Shown here: one piece after another, positions 52,480-64,000 of the stretch
How positions within the stretch are numbered: position 1 is the stretch's first letter
Layout of the letters: every line of letters starts with the position of its first letter
NCBI GenBank assembly: GCA_951406725.2
Contig: OX597828.1
Location: 27,838,001-27,902,000 of the forward strand
Length of the DNA: 64,000 nt
Origin: Octopus vulgaris
Taxonomy: Eukaryota
Reading direction: 5' to 3'
The notes under the pieces: generated by a model
Told to the model about the DNA's origin: nothing
Databases searched by the model: none
Seen by the model: the letters and a program-made list of their open reading frames with translations, nothing else
Translations under genes and position numbers: made by a program

Positions 52480-52636
52480 GATGATGTTGATGTTGATGAT
52501 GATGGTTAGTGGTGGTGGTGGTGGTGGTGGTGGCGATGGTTGTAGGGTTGATGGTGATGACGATCATCTTGATGAAGATGATGACAAAGACAAGGATGAT
52601 GATAATGAAGTGGAGGACAAGAGCAACAGTTTTTGC

Positions 52637-52670
<34 letters not shown>

Positions 52671-52903
52671 GCAATGACAATAATAATGATGATGGGAGCA
52701 ATGATATTGGTGATGATGACGATGATGATGATGGTCATCTTAATGAAGACGATGATGATGATGAGAGTGCTGCTGCTGCTGGTGATGACAATGATGACCA
52801 CCTTACCATTATATTGAGAGCAGCAACAACAACAACAGCAGCAATGCTGGTGGTTGTCATTGTGGTTGCGGTCATCATCTTGATGAAGGTGATGGAAGCA
52901 ATA

Positions 52904-52945
<42 letters not shown>

Positions 52946-53108
52946 CAGTTTGTATCCTAGTAAATACTTACAATTCTCAAAGAAAAACTAACATTAAATC
53001 TATTTCAGTAATTGAAGCAAATAACGTTAAACCTTGTTTAACAAACCTGGTTATATATTATATTGTGTCATATTATGTCATCATCTTATTATTATTATTA
53101 TTATCATT

Positions 53109-53165
<57 letters not shown>

Positions 53166-53170
53166 ATATT
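52480..53170. repeat. degenerate (GAT)n region and (ATT)n tract
   Basis: Direct reading; source of the poly-Asp/Met/Ile pseudo-ORFs. Confidence 0.9.
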
Positions 53171-53685
53171 ACGATTATACTTCTCTGTTTTCTTTTTCTT
53201 TATTATATTACTTTTGTATTTATTTTGTATTATTATTGAATTATATGATATTCTCATAACATATCCAATTGAAATCATTTCAACAAAATGTTTGTGTAAA
53301 GGCTGTAGTACTCCTAATCATCATCAACATCATCACCATCATCATTATTCTCATTTATTTAATGTTCGCTTTCCATGCTGGTATGAGTTGGGGGATCCAG
53401 CAGGAGATGGCAAATCAGAGAACTGCACCATGTGCCAGTGTCTGTTTTACTGTTTTTGCATGGTTCCTACAACCAGAGGCTCTTCCTGATGCCAATGATA
53501 ATGGTGGGTTTTTTTATGTATTAGAGACCGAGATAACAGAATGAGGAGAGAACTGTATTTTAAGAGCATTTAATTTATATCATTTTATTAATATGTGGGG
53601 GAGGGGTGGTGGCAGGTAGTAGTAGTAGTAGTAGTAGTAGTAGAGTGCCCTTCTTAAATCTTGCAACCATTAGGATCTGAATATT

Positions 53686-54257
53686 CTTTTCTACTCTAGG
53701 CACAAGGCCTGAAATTTTGAGGGAGGGGGCCAGTCAATTAGATTGACCCCAGTACACAACTGGTACTTAATTTATTGACCCCAAAAGGATGAAAAGCAAA
53801 GTCAACCTCAGTGGAATATGAACCCAGAACATAAAGACAGACGAAATACCTATTTCTTTACTACCCACAAGGGGCTAAACACAGAGAGGACAAACAAGGA
53901 CAAACGGATTAAGTCGATTATATCGACCCCAGTGCGTAACTGGTACTTATTTAATCGACTCCGAAAGGATGAAAGACAAAGTCGATCTCGGCGGAATTTG
54001 ATCTCAGGTAGTAGCGGCAGATGAAATACCTATTTCTTTACTACCCACAAGGGGCTAAACACAGAGAGGACAAACAAGGACAAACGGATTAAGTCGATTA
54101 TATCAACCCCAGTGCGTAACTGGTACTTATTTAATCGACCCCGAAAGGATGAAAGGCAAAGTCAACCTCGGCGGAATTTGAACTCAGAACGTAACGGCAG
54201 ACGAAATACGGCTACGCATTTTGCCCGGCGTGCTACCGTTTCTGCCAGCTCACCGCT
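53686..54257 (-). mobile_element. head-to-tail trimer of SINE group B
   Basis: Units joined by gaaatacctatttctttactacccacaagg at about 53843 and 54023; only the last unit has the full tRNA head. Confidence 0.92.
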
Positions 54258-54739
54258 GTTTAGGATCTGAATATTGACACACCACAAAGGAATGAGAAAT
54301 GTTGGGTAGAAATTGACCCCTAATCAGGGTCTTTGTATAATATATCAGTATTTCTGTACTGATAATATCACTGTCTATTACCTTTTCTTCTCTTGGTACT
54401 AACTACATCTTGATATCTATTGTCAACACCTCAAACTACAGCCACTCACGATTCAAAATCTGTCCAACCACTAAAACCTATTAATATCCAAAACTTTGTC
54501 ATACACCATTAATATCAGCGCCAATCCACCATTATTGCTTGTATAACCTCATCATAACCTCTTCTACCATTCTTCATACCATTATCAGGCCACTCTAATT
54601 GCTACCACAATTTCCATGGCCATTAGCAACTTAGCTTTGATTTTTGCTAATTTTGGGTTTCTAAGTTTGATGGCTTTAATATCTATAAGTTTTGTTTGAA
54701 ATTTCTTGTTTTTTTTTTTTCTTTTTTTCCCCTAAAAAG

Positions 54740-55410
54740 AATTATCTTTATCTTCTGATCACTTGAGAGAAATACCATTTTTGTGTTTGAAGATACAGTA
54801 CTTTCACTTCATTTTCTCGTACAGACAGACAGACCTGATTAAGTTCTTCAAATGTTCCAAAGTTTTCTTCTACATCCTTATTGGTTGTCAATTTCCATCC
54901 TATGATGTTCCTCACATTCATTATTGAAGGAATGTCTTTTATGAACTGCATTTGTTGTGTGCCAAAATGAGTTGGTATCAGCAACTAATAATGGAATGTC
55001 ACTGCGGATTAGTTTTTAGTCAATTATTTGTCCATTGAGCTAAGAAAGTAGAAGCAATTCTTGGTATTTTTTTTCCTCCTCTAAATGTTTGTTATAAATG
55101 TTAGCTTCAGTTGAATACTTCTGCAATTTTGGACATTTTCCTGTTTTCTGTTTTTGGCACAAATGTTTATGGTCATTTATGTATATTTTCTGTTTCCATC
55201 ATGAAGTGGAATTGGTACCATATTTTCCAACACATAAGTCACTGTAGTATACAGTATAACTATGTAAATCATTGTCACGATCTTTCTAAATCATGCTGCA
55301 TGTCCCATGGAATTTTTGGTCTTGTAAAGTCATCTTACGGTAGAAGTCAACCTATCTTTTTTGGCTGTAAATTTTGGCCTCAAAAGTTTTACTTGTATGC
55401 CAGAAGTTCC
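54740..55410 (-). mobile_element. possible pogo/Tigger-like DNA transposon remnant
   Basis: The right end (aagtcaacc..aaattttggcctcaaaag..acttgtatgccagaa) resembles Tigger/pogo subterminal sequence; the interior looks like decayed coding sequence. Weak. Confidence 0.3.
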
Positions 55411-56664
55411 AGTGTCTTGAATTCAGTCAGAGGCTAAAGAGTGTCAGAAACAAAGTTGGAACAAAACCCTCCTCTCTTCTTTAGATGAAAATGTGAAGGG
55501 TCACAAAATTTTTCCTTTTGCTTACTATACCTGTTAAGACAGGTGCTAGAGCTATCTTTATCACTTAGTACTAAGAACCCTTGCCATGCTACTGGTTTCA
55601 GTAAACTAATAATTCTATGACAATTTAATTATTTTGAAAAAATTACGAAACAACACCAAAAAGAAAGCAATACATTACTTGTAAGAAGAATTTGAGAATT
55701 CTGGAAATAAGAGGACAGTTGTGGACAGGTGTTTCTGGTTCAATAACTGTCATCAATATGACAATCGTCCAACCTTACCTCAGGTAGCCAAAAGACTTAC
55801 ACTTAAACCAAAGAAAAAATAGCAGATCATATTTGCATAATTTAATCAATAAGGAACTAAGAGAAATAAGACTGGCCATAGCATGTATTTGAACAACATA
55901 GACAAATACAGGTATATCAAATGCCATACAACATAAATTCATCATTTAAATTCATGGCCATTAATATTTCTTAAATGATGTTTTAATTTAAAATTGAAGT
56001 TTTCAGCTGTCTTGTTGCTTATTTGAAAGAGTTAGGTTTCTCTTATATTTCAGAGTTTAAAAATTAGGAGAATTTTGAATTATTTGTCGTCTACTTTTCA
56101 TTAAGTCTCAGATTACATGATGAATTCTAAATTATAAGTGTTTCCTGAGTTTTGGATAACGATTTGAATTTTGTTACAAATATTGTAAAAGCAAAATTCT
56201 CGAATAGAATGAAGAAATAATGGATGAGATAAACATCATATACATGTCACAGAAAATCTGGAATCTTAAATTTTTGGTTGAGGGCTTAATGCTTAGGCTT
56301 TGCTTTGCATACACAGTATGGTGCCATTTTCTTTCTTTTTAGTAAAGGGTATTGCTTTTGAAGTTTGTATTCCTATGAGTATAGAAAAGACATCATATTA
56401 CAATCTAGTCTACTCATTTCAAAGTATGTTTTACATAACATGTGGTTCCATGTGCCATGTTAGGCTACGAACTTCACAAAAAAAAAAATGCTTCTTTTCT
56501 TTTTTTTGGTGGTGATGGTTGTAGGGGAGGGGGTGGAGGATTACATTTTATTCTCATTCTTTAGATGTATATTGTAAAGGAAAGAGATGTATATAGTTTC
56601 ACAGTTTGTAATTTTTGAATAAATATAAATCCCTATATTGTTATGCAATGATTTATACATAGGC

Positions 56665-56727
56665 AAATATATATATATATTCATACATGCATATATATAT
56701 GTGTGGGTGTATACACACATATATATG

Positions 56728-56811
<84 letters not shown>

Positions 56812-56876
56812 CATATATATACACATATATATATACATATATATATACATACATATATATATATATACATATATAC

Positions 56877-56913
<37 letters not shown>

Positions 56914-57482
56914 TACACAAGCGTATATGTATGTTTGTGTCCCTTTTGGTAATATACTCATAGTAAGTTGACAACCATCATTTCTGTATGAAATCCATCT
57001 TTGTGTTTTTTTAGAATTTTTCTTGTTTCTTTTGAATTCTTCAAAACCCACCCAACTGTACACAAGCTTTGCATTCAGCCCCATTTTTTTTTTTTGCTCT
57101 GTTTTTTTAAATTTTTCTTGCTTTTCTTTTCTTTTCTCCAGTTCCTCTTTGTCCACAATTTCCCTGGTACTGTGCACATAAGTTTATGTATACGTGTTAT
57201 ACTTTAGCTGAATAATTAAATGTTTATATATGAAAGTGTATGTTAAATCTGTACATGTGTGTGTGTGTGTTCAGTACATATGTATGTGTATGGTAGGGAA
57301 TATACTTTCTGTGAACATTTGCATGTTTATATACATGATTGCAAGTGCATGTATTTCAGGGTACTTTTCTCATGTGAACAATTGTATATTTAAGATATGT
57401 GTGCATCATGTATATGCACACACCTACATGTATATCCATATATATAAATATAGATGTATATGTATATATGTGTGTGTACATG

Positions 57483-57513
<31 letters not shown>

Positions 57514-57517
57514 ACTC

Positions 57518-57565
<48 letters not shown>

Positions 57566-57662
57566 CTTGCAGACATATATATGTATATAAATTATGTATA
57601 AATATGTGTGTGTGTGTGTATATATACACACACATGTATATATATATATATATCACGTGATC

Positions 57663-57694
<32 letters not shown>

Positions 57695-57736
57695 CATATA
57701 TACATATATGTATATATATATATATATCATATATAT

Positions 57737-57822
<86 letters not shown>

Positions 57823-58247
57823 ATATACATATATATATATAATGTACACACACACACATGTGGGTAAATATGAGAATAAAATAAACAAGTACCTAAAACT
57901 ATGGCCTCTTTCCTTTCACCCCTCAGCTCAGTTTGTCACTGTTCTCTACCAGCTTCTTCCACAAAAGTATTGTTTTCCAGCCAGATCTTACCATCTAACA
58001 GAAACTGTGGCATGTTCCATTCTCCTTTGCTATTGAATATTTCAAATCATTGTTAGGGTATCATTGATTAAGTTCTTTTTCGCTTGCTTCCCTCCCTTTT
58101 TTACCATTGTCTGAAGAGTTCTTTGCAATTCGGCTCCTAGCATTTTGGGACATGGTTAGGTTTTTGTTTTACATCATTATATAGTTATATAGAATACTAC
58201 CACTCCTTTTCTATCCTTTACTTACATACACATAAGTGTATACATAC

Positions 58248-58292
<45 letters not shown>

Positions 58293-58295
58293 TGT

Positions 58296-58334
<39 letters not shown>

Positions 58335-58339
58335 AGTGT

Positions 58340-58388
<49 letters not shown>

Positions 58389-58460
58389 TGTATACATACA
58401 TACATATATATATATAGATATATATATTATATATATGTACATATATATATATATATATGT
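56665..58460. repeat. cluster of long (TA)-based microsatellites (56665-56910, 57400-57860, 58232-58460)
   Basis: Direct reading. Confidence 0.9.
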
Positions 58461-59733
58461 ACTCAGTTTCTTTCTCTTATGCATAAATATACTTTATATA
58501 CACATCCTGCTTTTCTCTTTTTCCTTCCATGTGTTTCTATGTTTACCTGTATGTGTGTTAGTTTACATGCATGTGTGTGTGTGTGTGTATTAAATAAGTT
58601 TTGAAGGCAAAGAGACAAGTGTAGAGTGACAAAATGTTGTGCATGTGTGTGTGTATGTGTGTGTGCGCAAATGTGTGCTTGTGCCAAGGAGACATAATCC
58701 CCCCCCCCCCGCTCCACGTCCACGCCACCATGATCTCCACAGCTTGATTTTTTAAAAGTCTTCTTTAGCAGCTTTTATTCGGCTCTTTTCTTCTCTTGAG
58801 CACTTCCTTTGCTGCTGCCCTCTCTTTTTCTTCTTCTTCTGTCTTCATAAACATAAAGGCATGTTACCAACTTCTGTGGGGATAATCTTTGCATCTACAT
58901 ATATACCTCCCTCCCCTTCACCTATTCTCTATACTTTTTTTTTTGTTGTTATTTTTCTTTTATTTTATGCTTCCCACACAATATATTCACCTTTCAGCTT
59001 TTGACAATTTCATAGACCTTACATATCAGCCTCCTATTGCAAAACCATGGACTGCCAATTATAAAAATTTACTTTTCTACTTCTACTTGTAAAAACAGTA
59101 AAGACTGCATTTTATTGTTTGTTGTTTGGCTGTAGTAAAATGCAGTGCATAAAGTACAGCTATATAGCTGAACATGTGTACACTTTTATGAATATACATA
59201 CATAGATGCATATATATATAGATAGATGAAAAGATATAATGCATATATATATATGCATACAAACATGCATATTAAATATATGTGTGTGTGTCTATATGAT
59301 TGTTAGCTCCACCAGTATTGCATGGTGATTTTATATATATTATACACACTCTCTCACACACACACACATACATGTATATGTATTTATGCACACATAAATA
59401 CTTGTATTCATACATATGTACACTCCAGTGTAGCTATATTCGCATATATATTTTGATAACATTTGTTGGTTGCTAATATAAAAATATATGTGTTTGGTGA
59501 ACTAACTCCTCTCTTTTACCCTTTTTCATCAACTTTTGCACCACACCCAATCTTAAATTTCTTTCTTTTCCAAATTGCATTGTGTCACCTATACAGTTAT
59601 TTAACCACTAAATTTCATGTAGATTATCAGATCCTCTCCATATTAATTCTTCTATAGTATCATTATTATTCAGTCATTATAACTAAGCCCGGCAGTTATA
59701 AAAATTTAAGAAAAAAAAAAGTGTTGTTTAACA

Positions 59734-60253
59734 CAGGGGTGGGGGAAATCCCTGCCCACTGGTGCAATAGCCCCTGCTAGCCCATTTTATTGTGCCTTAT
59801 TCGTATGTACAAAATATAGTCAATTTTCAATTATAAAATTTATACAATATTCAAATGCCTATTTGAGACATAGGTCACATTTCCACTAAGACTTAAAATC
59901 GTTAGACTCAAACAGAAAATCGTCCGGTAATTGCCATTTGACTAGAAATTTTTGTTTTCACTGTAAAACACCTATAGCTAGGTTTGTACCACCCCCTTGA
60001 GACTCAACTACACTCTAGCTGAAAATTATAGAATACCTCATAAGTAATATAAGCGTCATAAATTCAGTGGCGGCGTTAATGATGTTACACGTTACTTTAA
60101 TGTGTTAAACTTACCTTTATCAATGTATTTCATATTATACATGGATGTATACAAGATTTACACAGGTATAAGTGTTAGGACTTGTGATGCACCTGTTGGA
60201 CCTTCTTCTTTGGAAATTTTTGCTTGCCGCACTAAAACGTTTCCCCACCCCTG
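59734..60253. mobile_element. non-autonomous hAT (Charlie-like) element, 520 bp
   Basis: TIRs caggggtgggggaaa / tttccccacccctg; perfect 8-bp TSD gtttaaca at 59726-59733 and 60254-60261. Confidence 0.92.
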
Positions 60254-60282
60254 GTTTAACAGGATTGAAAAGGCATGAACAT

Positions 60283-60480
60283 TCTTTTCTACTCTAAGTG
60301 CAAGGCCCAAAATTTTTGAGGAGGGGGTCAGTCAATTAGATCTACCCCAGTATGTAACTGGTACTTAATTTATTGATCCCGAAAGGAAGAAAGGCAAAGT
60401 CGATCTCGGCGGAATTTGAACTCAGAACATAAAGGCAGATGAAATACCTATTTCTTTACAACCCATAAGGGGCTAAACAC
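60283..60480 (-). mobile_element. SINE group B with the multimer junction, truncated
   Basis: Ends gaaatacctatttctttacaacccataaggggctaaacac, as in the trimer. Confidence 0.85.
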
Positions 60481-60763
60481 TATCTACCTATTATATATTT
60501 TGTTATTATTATTATTATTATCATTTGCAATTTACTTAATCTTTGACATTTTATTGTTATCTTAATTTTAATTTTTCTATTATATGTAATTTTCTAGATG
60601 GTGTAATTTAATTGTTCATTTTGAATTGATAAACGGTGTTTTTTTTTTCTAACTTTTCATATATATATATTATATTATGTGAAATTTGATTCAGTATTTC
60701 TAAATTGAATTTTTTTCCTTGTAAGTTTGGATTTTATTCCCTCAAATAATAATTATATATATG

Positions 60764-60803
<40 letters not shown>

Positions 60804-61021
60804 GAACTTGTTGTATACAGTGCTCAGGTGTACTAATATATGTAAGTTTGTTTCCTAGCTATGTGGCCTTCACATCTTGGGCAAGTGTCTTCTACTGTAG
60901 CCCTGGGCCACTAAAACTAGTTGAGTACCCCTCGTTGAATAATTATTACCTCAGAGGATCTGCTAGCTAGAAAACATATGTAGCCTGAATTTTCCCTGCT
61001 TCACTCCCTCAATTTAGATAT

Positions 61022-62330
61022 ATCATCATCATCATTTAACATCCATTTTCCGTGCTAGCATGGGTTGGATGGTTCGACCGGTGTCTGGGAAGCCAGGAGG
61101 CTGCACCAGGCTCCAGTCTGATCTGGCAGTGTTTCTACAGCTGGATGCCCTTCCTAACACCAACCACTCCATGAGTGTAGTGGGTGCTTTTTACGTGCCA
61201 CTGGCACAGGTGCAAGGGGAGGCTGGCAGCAACCATGATCGGCTGGTGCTTTTTTACGTGCCACCGGCACAGAAGCCAGTTAAGGCGGCGCTGGCATCCG
61301 CCACATTCGGATGGTGCTTTTTACATGCCACTGGCACAGGTATCACAACTACAATTTCCATTTGATATTTATTTTGATGTTGATGTACTTGACTCAATAG
61401 GTCTCCTCAAGCACAGCAGGTCACCCTATGATCCAAGGTAAGTACAGCAGGTCATTCTGCAATCCAAGGTACTTTGGATGGGCTGGGGCTATGCGTAACT
61501 AGTGCAGGAAGCAGCCATGAACTCACATTATTTGTCGGGTTTTTGCAGTCACAGCATATCTCCAGAGATCTCGGTCTTTCGTATTTGCCTCTGTGAGGCC
61601 CAATGTTCAAAGGTCATGCTTGACCACCTCATCCCATGTCTTCCTGGGTCTACCTCTTCCCGGATACCTTCAACTGTTTGGGAATGGCACTTCTTTATGG
61701 ATCTCTCCTCATCCATCCGCAGTACATGACCATACCAGTGCAAACGTCTCTCTTGCACACCACATCTGATACTTCTTATGTCCAGCATTTCTCTCAGGGC
61801 ACTTACACTCTGTTGTGCATGCAATCTGACATTACACATCCAGCGGATCATGCTAGCTTCATTTCTTTGAAGTCTATGCATGTCCTCTGCAGTCACAGCC
61901 CATGTTTCACTACCGTGAAGCATGGCTGTTCACACACATGCATCGTACAATTTACCTTTCACTCTGAGCGAGAGACCCTTTGTCACCAGTACGGGTAGGA
62001 GCTTTCTAAACTTTGCCCAGGCTATTCGTATTCTAGTGGTGACACTCTCTGAGCATCCACCTCCTCTACTAACTTGGTCACCTAGGTAGCGGAAACTATC
62101 AACTACTTCTGGTTTCTTCCCCTGAAGTGTGATGGAATCTGTTTTCTAAGTATCTGTGGTGTCTATTGCTCCTGCACATCTGCCACACATGATAGCTATC
62201 TTCTCGGTTAATTTTCCTTTGATGTTGCTGCTCCTCTTATGCGTCCATAGCTTACACTGGGTACACCTTATGGAGTTTCTACCTACACCTTTCCTACAGA
62301 TCGAGCAGGGCCACCTGCCCGAGGGGGTTG
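61022..62330 (-). mobile_element. 5'-truncated RTE/RTEX-like LINE (ORF2 C-terminus plus 3' UTR with (TGA)n tail)
   Basis: WPCSICRKGVGRNSIRCTQCKLWTHKR..CGRC, EVVDSFRYLGD, RIAWAKF, MLHGSETW, RRLHWYGHVLRM; in-frame stops present. Confidence 0.92.
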
Positions 62331-62409
62331 TGAACTCAGAACATAAAGATGGACAAAATGCCGCTAAGCATTTTGCCTGCATTAGTAATGATTCTGCCAG
62401 CTCACCTCC
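62331..62409 (-). mobile_element. group B SINE tRNA head fused to the LINE 5' breakpoint
   Basis: Minus strand ggaggtgagctggcagaatc..atgcttagcggcattttgtcc..ttctgagttca, then LINE sequence. Confidence 0.85.
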
Positions 62410-62412
62410 GTC

Positions 62413-62449
62413 ATGATGATGATGATGATGATGACGATGACGATGACGA

Positions 62450-62486
<37 letters not shown>

Positions 62487-62487
62487 A
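62413..62487. repeat. (GAT)n to (GAC)n transition microsatellite
   Basis: Direct reading. Confidence 0.95.
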
Positions 62488-63359
62488 ATATTGATGTCTG
62501 TGGTTTAAATTTTCACTTTAAACTAATTTTATTTTTACTGTGGAAGGAATTTATTTCCTTTATTTTTTTTAGAAGTAAAAGACTTTGGGTATTTCTTTCT
62601 TTACTTCAATTCCATCTAAAACTGGCCTTAAAGCAACAACTTGAGTTAGAAAAACAAACACAAACACAATCAGTAAATAATAATAATAATATTCCAATTT
62701 ATTGATAAATACATTATTATAATTTATTATCATTATTATCATTATCATTATTATTATTATCATTATTATTATCATTATTATTATCATCATCATCATCATT
62801 ATGATTATTATTATTATTATCATTAGTAGTGGTAGTAGTAGTAGCAGCAGTAGCAGCAGCAGCATGGTTGGTTTCTTTTTTTTTTTTTTTTTTTTCCTTT
62901 CCATCCCACTATTTTGCTCTTTCTGTTTCTTTTGAAAGACATTACCATTTCTAAATTAAGTAGATTTCGATAATGGTGTTTTGAATGTCAGATATTCCTC
63001 TCTGAATGGTAAATTCCAGTACATGAGAGTCTAATAAAAACAATTCGAGATATTAGTAGTATGAGAGAATGATAGAGAATGGCAGGGGCTTACTGCTTAC
63101 AAACTGCTTCTTAAGATTTCAACAAAAGAATTATTGACCTGTAAATCTTTGATAAAGATGGTCAAGTTTCTTCTTCAGCAGCTATTTGATACCTTCTCCC
63201 CTTCACCAGTTGGTAATTAAAGACAGTATCTGTTGGAACTTTTTACCGAATTTGCTTAAGATGATCCCTCTAAGACAACCTGACATATACATATGATTTG
63301 TCATTTAATCATTTTTACCGTACACATATTCACACATATTGCCAAACATCACCTCATAA

Positions 63360-63394
<35 letters not shown>

Positions 63395-63404
63395 TATATG
63401 CATG

Positions 63405-63454
<50 letters not shown>

Positions 63455-64000
63455 CACGTGTGTGTGTATACATGTAAATATATATGCATATACATATATT
63501 TATATACTTGCATATATCTATAAATATATACACACATACACACACATCTATGTGCGTATATACACACATACGTATATATGCTTATGTCGGCCCTTTCCTC
63601 TTTACATGTATATTATGATCAACACACACACACACACACACTCACTCACACACATGCATACACACAATATATATACGTACACTTATAAATGCATATTCTC
63701 TAAAAACACGTGCTCTGCTTTTACAATCCTACATGTCTCTTTTAATCAATCCTTACGTACACTTCTTTCCCTTTTCCGGAATTTGTGTATTCTCCGCTGA
63801 TCTCCCGCTTCTTTAAAACTTAATTGGTCACAGCCTTCTACTGCTGCAATTGTTATCTCTGTCTAAACAACTACACTCACATTGTATATGTAGTATGTGT
63901 GTGATTATATATACACACACACTGATATATATGTGTGTATGTGTGTGAGTGTTTGTGTGTGTGTGTTTATTTGCATATATATACATATATATATATTCAT

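Noticed and set aside
52433-52960. 175-aa Asp-rich ORF with a signal-peptide-like start
   Set aside because: Built from degenerate GAT/GGT/GCT triplets; open in several frames and on both strands; no domain.
53686-54257. Regularly spaced repeats suggestive of CRISPR
   Set aside because: The units are whole SINE bodies without unique spacers, in a eukaryotic context with no cas genes.

Overview
AT-rich, microsatellite-saturated eukaryotic DNA. Its SINE, RTE and MITE repertoire looks like an octopus (coleoid cephalopod) genome; this is inferred from repeat families, not verified. No host protein-coding exon could be supported. Nearly all listed ORFs are translations of simple repeats or SINEs. 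Recognisable content: about 35 tRNA-derived SINE or RTE-tail copies in four groups (called A-D here), a 5'-truncated RTE/RTEX-like LINE carrying a PHD-like finger, a near full-length decayed Tc1 (DD34E), two DD37D/maT remnants, a hAT MITE with a perfect 8-bp TSD, TTAA MITEs, Helitron- and Helentron-type non-autonomous elements, and a tRNA-Gly pseudogene. The most notable signal is a set of short non-coding elements, often in inverted pairs and inserted in (TA)n tracts, that carry minimal hammerhead-ribozyme motifs. There are at least seven motif copies in two structural families, with covarying stems and variant catalytic cores, consistent with Penelope-like or retrozyme-like RNAs.
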